A stretch of 63,863 nt of DNA, the filler included, from Hyphochytrium catenoides (taxonomy: Eukaryota > Protista > Hyphochytriomycota): assembly GCA_900088475.1 (NCBI GenBank). It is 7 parts of 7 records of this genome, joined end to end, with 100 filler letters (N's around TTAATTAATTAA, not from the genome) between each part and the next. Parts side by side here need not be neighbours in the genome. Positions count along the whole stretch, not along the records: positions 28,172 to 55,574 come from FLMG01002411.1; positions 55,675 to 59,460 come from FLMG01002086.1; positions 59,561 to 62,258 come from FLMG01002436.1; positions 62,359 to 63,863 come from FLMG01003072.1; 3 more parts are not named here. One strand, written 5' to 3'. The notes beneath the pieces are model-generated. The model was not told the origin of the DNA, did not search any database, and worked only from the letters and a program-made list of their open reading frames with translations. Numbering within the stretch: position 1 is the first letter of the stretch; every line of letters begins with the position of its first letter. Below are positions 52,256 to 63,480 of the stretch, piece after piece. The position numbers and the translations under genes were made by a program.

Positions 52256-53059
52256 TAGTCGAGCTCCTACCGCCATCATTCGGGCTTGTGAGCAGCTTTT
52301 CCTGTTTTGTCAGGTAGCCAGCAACGGCTAGTATTTCCGCTTTCCAAATTTACCAAGTACAATACCGCTGTTCACAAATACACGGAGTCCCCAAATAAGG
52401 CTTAGTTCCATAGTTGAACAGTACAAGTAACAAGTTTCACATGCGAAGGTCTGGAACGATACTTGTACTTGTCAGAGGTTTTCATAAAAAAATGTCACGA
52501 TCAGCTTGCGGCTGGTCTGCGCGGCAAAGATCTCTGACCTCCGTCTGACCTCTGTCCGATCTGAGGCCTGAGGCCCGATGAGGCAGGCTACTGGCGTTGC
52601 TGCCCGCACTGTTCCCTTGTCTTCCCTGGACGGTACCTTTTAATAGAAGGAGGACACGAAAGGAGCCCCCCATTCACGAATCGCAATGGCCTGGGCTCCC
52701 ATCCCTAACGAGCCAGATTCAATTGGCCAAGGTCTAAGAGGGAACAACAGCTACAAGAAGCAGCACAGGAAGCAGTCCAGGGCGCCTGCAGCAGTACCAA
52801 GGGTTTACCTAGCAACTCTTAAAGATGCAGTCAGGACGAGGAAGCAAAGGGCTGCAGCTGTCAAAAGGAATACTCCCCCAACAGGGAAGAAGGCGATGCC
52901 TCTACAAAGAGCAGTCCAAGAAGCTCTGGTAAGGAGGCAGGAGTAGCACTAGAAGGGCCTCAAAGAAGGAGGCCGAGGTGGATGCGTTCTCACTCTGGCT
53001 AGGACTAACTCCGCATGATGCTGAGTTTAAGAGATATTTTGCCTAGAATGTTCTAACTC

Positions 53060-53389
53060 TATGGGAGTTAGAATAACCTTCACAGCTACGCAGCCCGGTG
53101 CATCATCCCGACTGAATAATCAAGACATCTAGGGGTCTTACTCAGGCACCATTGCGAGATGGCTTGAAGGCCTTCACTACGTCACCCTCGACACCCGCTG
53201 AGCATATGTCCTGCTGACTAAACTCACTAGTAAAAGGTTTGGTCTGCCATACCATTGACAGAGGTAACGTAGCGAAGGCCTTGAAGCTCTTTCGCCATTG
53301 GACCTGTGGAAGACCCCTAAAGGCCTTATTATCCAGTCTGGATGATCCGCAGAGCGCCTAATTCAGAAGGTCTTAGTCTTACTCCCATA
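53060..53389. repeat. Long imperfect inverted repeat (fold-back) with ~134-nt arms
   Basis: 53060-53193 aligns to the reverse complement of 53256-53389 (TATGGGAGT/ACTCCCATA, TAGGGGTCTT/AAGACCCCTA, AAGGCCTTCACTACGT/ACGTAGCGAAGGCCTT); inner pairing GACTAAAC/GTTTGGTC. Confidence 0.8.
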
Positions 53390-54193
53390 TAACGTACGCT
53401 CCCTGCTGCATGGTGTCACGGGGTAGTCTTGCTACCCAGCATTCTCTGCATTGAACATTGGAGACCTCGTCAACAAACACATCAAAGTAACAAGGAAGAC
53501 TAGTCGTTTCTCCCTTCTGCTTGTTACCATGCACTGATAACGTACGAGGCAGCATCAGCTGTTACACTACGTGTCTTGGTGATAGGATTGGCTCCCTTGG
53601 GCGTTGCTCTACTGCCGCTGTTGCCGCTTCATGTTTGATCCTGATAGCTATCACTGGCTCTCAGTTTTCTAGGACAACCTGCAACCTGAAAGTTTACCTG
53701 GGGAGAATGGACCCTTCATAGACTGTTAACACCTGAAGATTCTTCCTCATCCATCAATTCAGAAGAAAATAGTCAGTGAGCACACATTCATGCTATAGCA
53801 GAGTGGTGGGAGGTTAGCAAAGAAATGAGGGAAAAAGAGGTGATGTCTCCTGAGTGATTGGGGCCGGTGCTGCCTGCCTTAGTAAGCGGAGGAGGCGGAG
53901 CATGTCGACCTAGAGTACTATCAAAAATGCTCTCGAGCAGTTAGCATAATATGGAGACAGGAACCTTATTATAGGGGCTTTCCTTAACTATTTACATCGG
54001 CAAGGTAAATATTTGAGAATAGTATGGCCATGCAGAGCGTCATACATCCCACCTACTCTGTTTGTTTGTGCTGTCACTTGCCCTGTAGGAGCCATTTTCA
54101 TTCGCTTCCCATTGAAAAAGACAGAGCATTGTCACCATCCTTCAATAACATACTGACCGCGGGCGGTGCCTAGCACTTGTCTGGGAAAGGATC

Positions 54194-54973
54194 TTAGTAA
54201 CCATAGCCGCGGAGGCTGACAGTGTTCTGGGCTTGTCGTGCATTCTGCGTGGCAAGGCGAGCCCAGTTCATCCTTTTGTTGACCATCTCTTCCTCTTGAA
54301 AGTGTTCTCCTCCAAAGATTGAGAAGAAGAGGTCGTAGAGTTGGGTACATTCCTCTGTCTCGCTTCTCTCATAAAGACACGTGACAAACTTGATGAGATA
54401 TTCTTTCGCCTCCTCATCTGAGAGATACGGAATCTCCATTTTCTCTTGCTGCTCAGGAGGTTCGCTTCCTGTCCAACCAGCTGCGTTATAATAGTTGTGC
54501 CTCGACACCACATGCTGGTTAAATACATTCTGGTTTTGCTTGCTCCTTATAAGGTTATTTTTCTGCTCCTGCATTGCCATGTGTGGCCCCAAAAATTCTT
54601 GCAGGAAGCTTTCAAAGAGTGAATGGCACTCTTCCGACTCATCGTCGCTGCTGATGCAGGTCAGAAGCTTTTCGAAGAGTTGCTGGATCTCAGCTTCGTT
54701 CTCCCCGCCAGCTTCTTCGGCGCTATTTCTCATCCCAAAAGAGTTAGGTGTCCACCCCTGCTTTCTGCATCCTAGCACACCGGTCTTTACCGTCGTACAG
54801 TAAGAATTAGGAGGACAGTTGCCCCAGGTATTGGCGACACAAATCTGCGGCCAGGCACAGCCGGTCTCACCCCCTTCGACACTCACTGGGATCTGTCCCT
54901 GAGGGCACATCGCCGTGGCAGGATAGGCCAGAGCGGAAGATGAGAGGGCGAAGAAGGCTAAAAGCTTCTGCAT
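54194..54973 (-). CDS. Secreted 259-aa protein: signal peptide, 6-Cys module and two acidic CX9C repeats
   Basis: Single-exon ORF. MQKLLAFFALSSSALA signal peptide; CPQGQIPVSVEGGETGCAWPQICVANTWGNCPPNSYCTTVKTGVLGC; internal repeats FEKLLTCISSDDESEECHSLFESFLQEFLG and LIKFVTCLYERSETEECTQLYDLFFSIFGG. Confidence 0.8.
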   Translation of the reverse strand: MQKLLAFFALSSSALAYPATAMCPQGQIPVSVEGGETGCAWPQICVANTWGNCPPNSYCTTVKTGVLGCRKQGWTPNSFGMRNSAEEAGGENEAEIQQLFEKLLTCISSDDESEECHSLFESFLQEFLGPHMAMQEQKNNLIRSKQNQNVFNQHVVSRHNYYNAAGWTGSEPPEQQEKMEIPYLSDEEAKEYLIKFVTCLYERSETEECTQLYDLFFSIFGGEHFQEEEMVNKRMNWARLATQNARQAQNTVSLRGYGY

Positions 54974-55362
54974 CCTATATATACGAAGATCTCAAAAGCA
55001 GTGGTTGGATCTGCAAGAGCAATCAGCTTGATCTTATGCCGCGGGTCGGCGTCCCTTGTATCTGGCAGGTTGGAAGTCAGGAAATGAGCTGACTCAAAGG
55101 TGGTCCAGCGATAGCAGAGATACTAATAGAAAGAGAAGAGGAGAAGAAGAAGGCCAATGTGCCTCTGACTTAGTGCACACACACTAGCAGCCAAGTGCTT
55201 CACTTGTGCTGGTTCTGTCGGGTCTCTTGACTGCAAGGAGCCAGCACTATTGAGCTGCTCGCTCTGTTATTTTCTTGGACGGTGTGCCTGACAAGAGGAC
55301 ACAAGGATCTTTGCCATCACAAATGTCAAAAGGATACGATCCTGTCAGGCATCTTGATTCTG

Positions 55363-55462
55363 ATTGGGCAAAAGATTCTCAAATTGGTCACCATTGACCA
55401 ATCAAAGAACGGAAAGACATTGGTTGGCTAGCTTTAAAGGCCCCGCAAAGCCATTAGCCAAT
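55363..55462. promoter_or_regulatory. Cluster of five CCAAT/ATTGG boxes
   Basis: ATTGG at 55363, 55383 and 55419; CCAAT at 55398 and 55458; about 400-490 nt upstream of the ATG at 54973. Function not demonstrated. Confidence 0.35.
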
Positions 55463-55574
55463 GGAAAGAAGGATAAGAAGAGACTAAGAAGTGTCTCTTG
55501 GTCAGGTTGATGGCTGGCAATGATTTTTTGCAGCTGGATCTTAGGGAAGGGAGAGGGAGAGAGAGAGAGAGAGA

Positions 55575-55674
55575 NNNNNNNNNNNNNNNNNNNNNNNNNN
55601 NNNNNNNNNNNNNNNNNNTTAATTAATTAANNNNNNNNNNNNNNNNNNNNNNNNNNNNNNNNNNNNNNNNNNNN
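55575..55674. other. Artificial scaffold linker
   Basis: TTAATTAATTAA at 55619-55630 within Ns. Confidence 0.98.
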
Positions 55675-56320
55675 GCGCCCTGGCCGCTCATCTCTATCGG
55701 CGCCGCAGGATCCTCAGCAACTAAGGAACCAGGCACTTCAGACGATTCCATCTTCTCTCGTTCTTTCTCTCTCTCTCTCGCTCGCTCTGTCGCTTTCTCT
55801 TTCTCTCCTCCGTATCGTCTTCCACACTGCCGTGACTGTGATTCGAAAAGCTGGCGTCTCTTCCTCTTTTCTCTACAGGGTCTCCTGCTCTCTCTCTCCA
55901 GCTCTTCCGCTCAACTCTAAGGTTTTCATGTCCTTGGGCTTCCTCTTCCCTGTCCACGAACTTCCTCTTCACGTTCTCTACGCCATGCAGGCCTCTCTCT
56001 CCTGCTATTACTCGTACTTCTAGGAAGTAGCGTTGTTGAAATCTTGCTCTTTTTCTTTCTCTCTCTCTCTCTCTCTTTTCTCTCTCTCCTCTGCTCCTCA
56101 CTCCCCTGCCAACGCTAGCCAGCAACACCGCTTATTCTTATCCATTCCTCGTGTCTTTCTTCCCCAGTCTCCTGCCTCTCTTTTCTCTCCTCTCTCCCTC
56201 TCTCTCTCTCTCTCTCTGTGTATCTCTCTCTCTCTTTCTCCCTCTTTCTTGATATTGTGTCTCCTCCTCTCTCGCTCCTTTTACTCTCGGGCTTTCTCTC
56301 ATGCTTTCTCTCCTCTATCC

Positions 56321-56365
<45 letters not shown>

Positions 56366-57647
56366 GGCTCTCCGTCCCGCTCGCTTACCTTTTATCTCTT
56401 CATCTCTTTCTCTCTCTCTCTTGAGTCAACCAAAGGCGTTACACGTTAGCATTCTGAATCCAGAACTGTGTGGATTTCTAATGTCTGACAAACATCTTTG
56501 CTAAATGTAGAATAACTACAACAGTCTGCCATGAATGTTTAGAATAGATATGTGTCCTAAATACTACTAGTTCTTATCGCAGATAATAACAAACCTTTAA
56601 TTTCCCACAAGGAAAAAAGAGGATGAGACTCTTAAGGGTTAGGAGAGGGGACACGAGAGAGACAGAGAGAGAGAGTGAGAGACAGAGCGAGAGAGAGCCG
56701 CACAGAGAGAGAGAGAGAGCCGCACAGAGAGAGAGAGAGAGCCCGAGAGAGGGAGAGAGAGCCCGAGAGAGAGAGAGAGAGAGAAGAGAGAGGCAGCAGA
56801 AGAATCGTTGCTCTTTCAGTCTTGAAGAGGATTGATCTATCAGCGAGCATTTGACCAGCCCTTCTCACCCTTCTTCTCAAGGCTTCACACCTCGCGACTG
56901 CTTTCTCTTCTCTTTCTACGATGCTGAGGGGGAATGACAGGCAGTGGGAAGATATCTTGCTTGACGCCGCGCTGAAGGCAGTCAAACGTCAGATCCTTCT
57001 ACTTAGAAGTAAGAAAGAGGCGACTAGAGTAGAGCCTTGCCCAGTGAAGGAGAGGACAGACAACCGAGCCGTGCACAGACAGTAGCGTGAAGTAGGCCAA
57101 GCAAAAAGAGGCAAACACGGACTGAGAAGGGGAAAAAAGAGAGAGAGAGAAGGACTGAGAAGGACGCATAAGAGCGAGAGAGAGAGAGAGAGAAGGGAGA
57201 GGCATCCAAGGGCACACTCGGGAAACCTAGACGCGTCACGGTGCAAGGAACACCCCGGTCCGTATTATAATACGCATAAATAAGCTAATACTGTCTTCAT
57301 TCCAGGCCAAGCGCTCTCTCTCTCTCTCACTTCCTGAGGTGACTTGTCACCTGGAACCTACAGTTTCAGGCCTTCTATCCTGCCTCTCTCTCTCTCTCTC
57401 GCTGCCTTCCCCTCTCTCTCTCTCCTCCTTTTCTCCTTCTCCTCTTCTTCCGCTCGCAGTGCATACTGGGGCCTCCTCGTCGGGGTTCTATTGTCCCGAT
57501 CTGGAAGGCCGAGTTCCCTTCTCTCCCTCGCGCGCTCTCTCTCTGTTTTCTTTCCCTCATCTGCGTTTCTCTCCCTCTTTCTTTCTCTTCCCTGCCGCTC
57601 TTGGGGCAACCAAATGCCAATGTCTTTCTCTAGACTAAGCAGTCTTC

Positions 57648-58794
57648 CTAGACGCAGGTCCATACTTTGATGACCTTGTCCACGCCCCCTGATATTATCA
57701 GGGGAAGAGACGGATGTACCGCGACCGCGGTAACGAAGTGACTGTGCGCCTCATCTAACGTCCTAACACAACGGCCAGTCTGCCACAGAGCAAGTGAGTG
57801 GACGAGAGAGATAATAAGAGTTAGAGACCCACAGAGAGAGAGAGAGAGAGAGAGACCCAACAACCTCCTCGCACGATCAGAAAGTAGACCAGGAGTCAGA
57901 TAGAGATAGACAAGAGAGAGACGTAAGCGTCGTGTTAGGGAACAAGACAGAGACAACGGCTAAAAGTAGGAGACAAGTGCTGAACCGCTTCTACATAGCA
58001 ACTAACCCAAGAAGAGACTAAACAAATGAGGGAGACAGAAGAGAGAAGAGAGAGAGACGAGATATCCATCGGAGTGAGAGAGTAAAAGCAGTGACAATAA
58101 GCCGCCCCTCCCCTTTTGCTACGCTCACCGAGAGGTCAAAGACTCTGATAGTCTTGTCCTCCGCTCCACTGATCAAATACTTCCCGCAAGGATGGAAGGC
58201 AACTGACCGCACCCAGTTCTCATGGTTCCGCTATGTGACAGAGAGAGAAAGAGAGAGGACAGACAGAGGAGAGAGATACAAAAGGAGAGAGAAAGAGAGG
58301 GGAAACCGAGAAAGGGAGATGAGAGAGTGTAAAAAGAGAGCGAGAGAAAGGTTAATCGAGACGTTGGATGAAAGGAAAGAGAGGGATAAACCGAGTGTAA
58401 GAGAAGAACAGCGTCCTGAAAGGATGGAGGCAAACCTTAGAGTCTGAATCTTTAAAGCACAGAGAACAGTCGAGAGAGAACGCTGCCAGCGGTTAAGATG
58501 GTCAAAAGCGACAGCATTGCATCTATAAGATACGAGAGAGAGACAGAAGAGACAGACAGGACGCTTGCTGGGAAAAATTTAGAAAGCTTTATGTCTCTGC
58601 CTTACGAAGGTCATGATGCACGTTCCCTGTGCCAGAGCCCAGAGCTTGACGGTCTTATCGCGGGAGCAGGAGGCTAAATACTTTCCAACTGAATCTGATG
58701 CTCCTACTAAAGTTCCATTCAAGTCCTAGGAAAAGGCCAAGTGCGGTGAATGACGAGAGGAGAGGGTCAGGCAGATACATTAGGCAATCAGAAA

Positions 58795-58833
<39 letters not shown>

Positions 58834-59460
58834 GAGAGAGACAGAGAGGGAGAGAGAGACAGAGAGACAGAGAGAGAGAGAGACGCAATGGCATGGGAAC
58901 CACGTAGAACGGTACAAGAGAGGGAGAAGGCTAGAGCAAAGCTAGCCAGTGCTCTACACCACTGGCTGAGAATAGAGGAATGATCGGAATGAAGAAGGGA
59001 GAAGGTTCTCCCTCAAGAAAGAAAGTCTCACCGCTGTCGGACCCTTGCTTAAGAGTTTATCTGTGGTGTCGGGAGAGAATGCAAGCGAATGGACTACGTG
59101 CTCGTGCTCCCGGAGAGAGTGCACCACCTGACCAGTGGCTAGATCTGTGACTGATATTGCCTTCATATACCAGTAAAGAGGGTGGGTTAGCAGCGGAAGG
59201 AAGAGAGAGAAGCGCAGAGGAAAAGATGTTCCGAAAGGAGAATAGCATCTCGAACCGTCGAGTGAAGGTAGGGAGAGAGAGAAGCGGTCTAGAAAGGTAA
59301 CGAACAGAAAGAGTGAGACAATGAGAGAGAGAGGCGAAAGAGAAAGAAAGACGAGAAAGACGGAAAGAGAGAGGAGAAGAGAAAGAAAGAACGAGAGATA
59401 CATTCCAGAGGTGCAGACCTGATCGTTCCCACTACTAGCTAACAGGGTCCCTGAGCCATT
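57648..59460 (-). CDS. LIS1: LIS1/PAFAH1B1-like WD40 dynein regulator, 5'-partial (cut by linker)
   Basis: Five exons: [14 protein letters not shown]|[30 protein letters not shown]...|...[16 protein letters not shown]...CIMTF|[34 protein letters not shown]|[23 protein letters not shown]...[14 protein letters not shown]. Matches the LIS1 hallmarks LREHEHVV, HxNWVR, AHxHFVT and terminal KVWxC. Confidence 0.9.
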
Positions 59461-59560
59461 NNNNNNNNNNNNNNNNNNNNNNNNNNNNNNNNNNNNNNNN
59501 NNNNTTAATTAATTAANNNNNNNNNNNNNNNNNNNNNNNNNNNNNNNNNNNNNNNNNNNN
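59461..59560. other. Artificial scaffold linker
   Basis: TTAATTAATTAA at 59505-59516 within Ns. Confidence 0.98.
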
Positions 59561-60099
59561 GCCCCCATCGTTACTTACGCCCCATCTCTTACAGCCAGGT
59601 CTGTCCATCTCTTCTTATTCCTCCCCTCTCAGAAGATATCTTCTTGTCACCTAACACGTCATCTCCACCATACGCTCCGCCAGCTAAGACGCGAGGTTCA
59701 AGTTACTGTCGAGCCACTGCATGCACTCTGCTGTTTGTTCTTCACCATTATCTGCCTTCTTGGAAGTCGCTTCGGCGTCATCCAGGCAAACCCGGTATCT
59801 TAGAGGAACAGATTTAGAAAAGGAGGCAGCCTCTGAGCAGCGCAACAGAGCCAGCCATCATCATCATCCTCTTCTTCGTGCTCTTCATTTTCCTCCCAGT
59901 CTCTCCAAAAACTCGAGCTGCTGGGCGTAGAGTTAGGAAGGTAGGACCACAAAGCGGTGAGTCAGTTAGTAGAGCTAGCTAACGGACGGAGAATGGACGA
60001 GCGCCAACGTGAAGAGTCAGACGGGAGCTTCAATTAGGGAAGACGGGAGCGGAAAGATAAGAGAGGAGAACCGATGAGCACGACAAGAGGAGCACTGGT

Positions 60100-60780
60100 A
60101 TTGGCCTCTGACAGCTTCTTAGCTTCGGTCTCCAGGGTCAGACATAGCTGCTGCAGTAGTAGCTTGGCAGCAGTCTCCTGCATTGTCCCTTTTCCTTTTC
60201 TTCCTGACCAACGCAGCCAGAGTGTTTGTCAGTCGGCGCTCTGCATCTGCGGATGATCCTTTGAGATCGAGCTCAAACCGTTGCTTTGCCTCTTCCAACT
60301 CGGCACCTATTTATCTCTGGAGCGCCCGCAACTCCGCCCTGCATGCTTGCAGGGTGTCCTTGGCATAACTCAGGTCGCTGTTCTTTGCACGCAGCGTTTG
60401 TTCAGCAGTTCCACGCCCTGCTCCGCAGTATCTGAAGGGTTGCTCATGTGTGGATCTCCTCTAAGCCGACTTTCTTATTTATGTCTTATTTTCATCTCTT
60501 CTTCTTCTTGCTCCTCGGCCCTTTCTTCAACTTCTTTCTTCTCTTCTTTCTCTACATTCTGCCCGTTCCGCACACCATGCCGTCAACCAGGAGCTGGGCC
60601 CGCGGGGGCTTCAGCTCGGGCCGCTCTTCGGCATTGAGCTGTGAAGCTTGAAGGTAAAGATGTTAAGACGTAACTTCGTCGCTTTTGGCTGCTCAACTTC
60701 TGCTCCTTCTTCTGGAAGGAATACGAGCTTGTTCTTCATACGCATAACCGGAAGGTCCTCCTCAGTATCATCATGCGTGT
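60100..60780 (-). pseudogene. Decayed coiled-coil protein relic
   Basis: LRAKNSDLSYAKDTLQACRAELRALQR*IGAELEEAKQRFELDLK and EKEEKKEVEERAEEQEEEEMKIRHK*ESR lie in different frames, with TAA stops and frameshifts. Confidence 0.35.
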
Positions 60781-62258
60781 GTGTGAGAGAGAGAGGGAGA
60801 GAAGAGAGAAGAAGAGAGAGTGGGAAGGGAGACAGAGAATGGAGGGAGGGAGAGCGGTGCCGAGATGATTCACTGAGTAGAACGTCCATGGCAACAGACG
60901 GGGAAGGAAGAGAAGAGAGAGAGAGAGGAGACAGAGATAGTAGATAGATGGAGGAAAGAGAGCGGATGATGCCGTTACTTTTAGAAATAGAATATTGATG
61001 GCCGCAGATGGAGAGAGAGACGAAGAGTAAGAGAAAGAGACAGAGTAGGCAAAAAAAGAGAGAAAGGGAGATCCGTGAGAGAAAAGGCTAGGAAGTCGCA
61101 GGACAACGCAGACAGGGATCACGCTGCCCTTCTTATCTCCCTTTGTATGCCACCACCTCCATCTCTTCCTCTTGAATCTCCCAGTATCCGCTGGGATGTT
61201 AGACGATATTGCTTTCTCCCTTCCCTTGTCCTGAGGAGGAGTACTGAAAATGGCCCTTGTCTTCAGAGGATGAGGCCGAGGCGGAGGCCTTAGAGCTGCC
61301 TGAGCTTGACCTTGAGACTGTGCAGCGCCAGGGCCTAAGCTTCTTGGGGTCTGACTCTTAAGATCAACCAGTGACTGCAAGACGAGCGAACCCAGAAGCG
61401 CCCACCACTCCCGTCCCTTCTTGAGCTCTGATTCGGCTAGGATGGACGCTGTCCCCCTGTTGCGACAGATGGAGAGCCGTAGGAGGCTGAAAGTGAGGGT
61501 CGACGGAGGGGCGAAGTAAGGTCGTCTCTCTTTCTCTTCCTTCGCTTTTGTCCGCTTCTTCTTCGCCGGCAGTCGCCGTCCCGTCTTGCTGGTCGAGTCC
61601 ACTCAGAGCAATCAGATTCCAGTCCAACAAAGACAGCGGTTACCAGCCAGCCGAATCGTTTGACGCAGACCGAAGCCTGATGACGAACTTAAGACGAGCT
61701 CCTACTGCAGTGGAAGAGGACATTCGCGTCTTGTTTAGAGGTCCAACTTACTTTCGGTTAACGCTTTAGGAAGCGAGGTTGATGGTTTATCATGGTGGCC
61801 AACCCTCTGCTGCTGCTGCCGCGGCTGAGGCCGAAGGCTGAAGGCTTGAGAGCTTCCTCCTCCTCCTGAACCCCTGGCGCCATCATCAGGAGCCGAAGCC
61901 AGCGCTGCAGGCCTGGCAGGAGACTCATGATAGCCGACGCAGGGGCACACTCAGGCAATGTTTGCTGGGACACGTCCATGGCCCCGCTCAGGGTAGATAG
62001 AGTGGCAAGGGCATGAGAAGGCGGTGCCTTACTCTGGCAGGGAGGGACAGCACGTGCTGAGCTCAGTCCTTGAGAGGCAGCTGAGTGGTGGGAAGGACAT
62101 GGCTCAACCGACACTAACTTCAGAGCTTCACCTCTCTGTATGGGAAGTATGACGACAGACGGGAACATGGTGCTTCCTCACTCTTCCAGGTGTACACAGA
62201 GATGCTCCAGAGCTTGCCTCTCTGGGAAGCCCTCCAGGTAGTGGAGCTCCCTTCGCTT

Positions 62259-62358
62259 NNNNNNNNNNNNNNNNNNNNNNNNNNNNNNNNNNNNNNNNNN
62301 NNTTAATTAATTAANNNNNNNNNNNNNNNNNNNNNNNNNNNNNNNNNNNNNNNNNNNN
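62259..62358. other. Artificial scaffold linker
   Basis: TTAATTAATTAA at 62303-62314 within Ns. Confidence 0.98.
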
Positions 62359-62508
62359 TCAACAGGCTTGGCGGCTGGCGGCGAGAGAGAAAAGAGTGTT
62401 GGCGCCGATCTCTCTCTCTCTCTCTCTCTTTCCGCTGTCTCGTCTGCAGAGCTTCACGGAGAGATTTTCAGACCGTAAGATCCTGTCTGGACAACACCTA
62501 AGAGAACC

Positions 62509-63480
62509 ATGAGCAAGTTGAACAGCGACCTCCTCAACGACAGCGTTGACAAGATCCTCGCCTTCTCCAGGTAAGAGCTCCAGATATTCAAGAGAGAAAA
62601 AAGCGAATGATCTCGATTTATCCGTGTCTGTCTCTTCCACGAACCCCGTTAATTTGCTTCTCATCATAGGCCTGAGCTCTTATTTCCTTGAGGCAGTCTA
62701 GCTCCTTCTCCAGGGACTATCTCTTTCAATGGCTTTTATTTGTCTTGTTAGAGTTCAAGGTTGCGCAGAAGCAATGAATGTCCCGTTAAGCAATCTCATC
62801 CTTTCGCTCTCTGTCTCTTTCCCTCGCATCTCTCCGTCCCTCTGTTCTACAGCGGCGAGACGATCGAGCTCAATGGCGCCGAAGTAAAGGGCAAGAAGCG
62901 CAACTTCACGGAGACCATCGAGCTTCAGATTGGTCTCAAGAACTACGACCCGCAGAAGGACAAGCGTTTCTCTGGCACCTTCAAGCTTCCCACCATCCCT
63001 CGCCCCAACATGAAGATCTGCGTCCTTGGTAACGCTATCCACTGTGAGGCAGCAGAGAAAGAGGGCCTTCCCCACATGACTGTGGATGACCTCAAGAAGC
63101 TCAACAAGAACAAGAAGCTCATCAAGAAGCTCGCCAAGAAGTACGACGCTTTCCTTGCGTCTGACACGCTCATCAAGCAGATCCCTCGTCTGCTGGGCCC
63201 AGGTCTCAACAAGGCAGGAAAGTTCCCAACCCTGGTAGCTTCCAATGAGAACCTTACCGAGAAGGCTGAGAGCATCAAGGCCACCATCAAGTTCCAGATG
63301 AAGAAGGTTATGTGCCTCAACGTCGCGGTAGGAAACGTTGGCATGCAGAGAGAAGACATCATTCTTAACATTCAGCTGGCCACCAATTTCCTTGCCTCTC
63401 TTCTGAAGAAGAACTGGCAGAACATCAAGGTGCTTTATATTAAGAGCACCATGAGCCCTGCCTTCCAGATCTACTTCTAA
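62509..63480 (+). CDS. RPL10A: 60S ribosomal protein uL1 (L10a), 229 aa
   Basis: Exons 62509-62570 and 62853-63480: [20 protein letters not shown]|[42 protein letters not shown]...[31 protein letters not shown]...[16 protein letters not shown]. Confidence 0.98.

Noticed and set aside
28172-59460. Numerous SLSLSL/ERERER ORFs in the ORF track
   Set aside because: Translations of (CT)n/(GA)n microsatellites in introns and intergenic DNA.
62571-62852. Intronic snoRNA in RPL10A
   Set aside because: No canonical RTGATGA C box or clear H/ACA structure seen.
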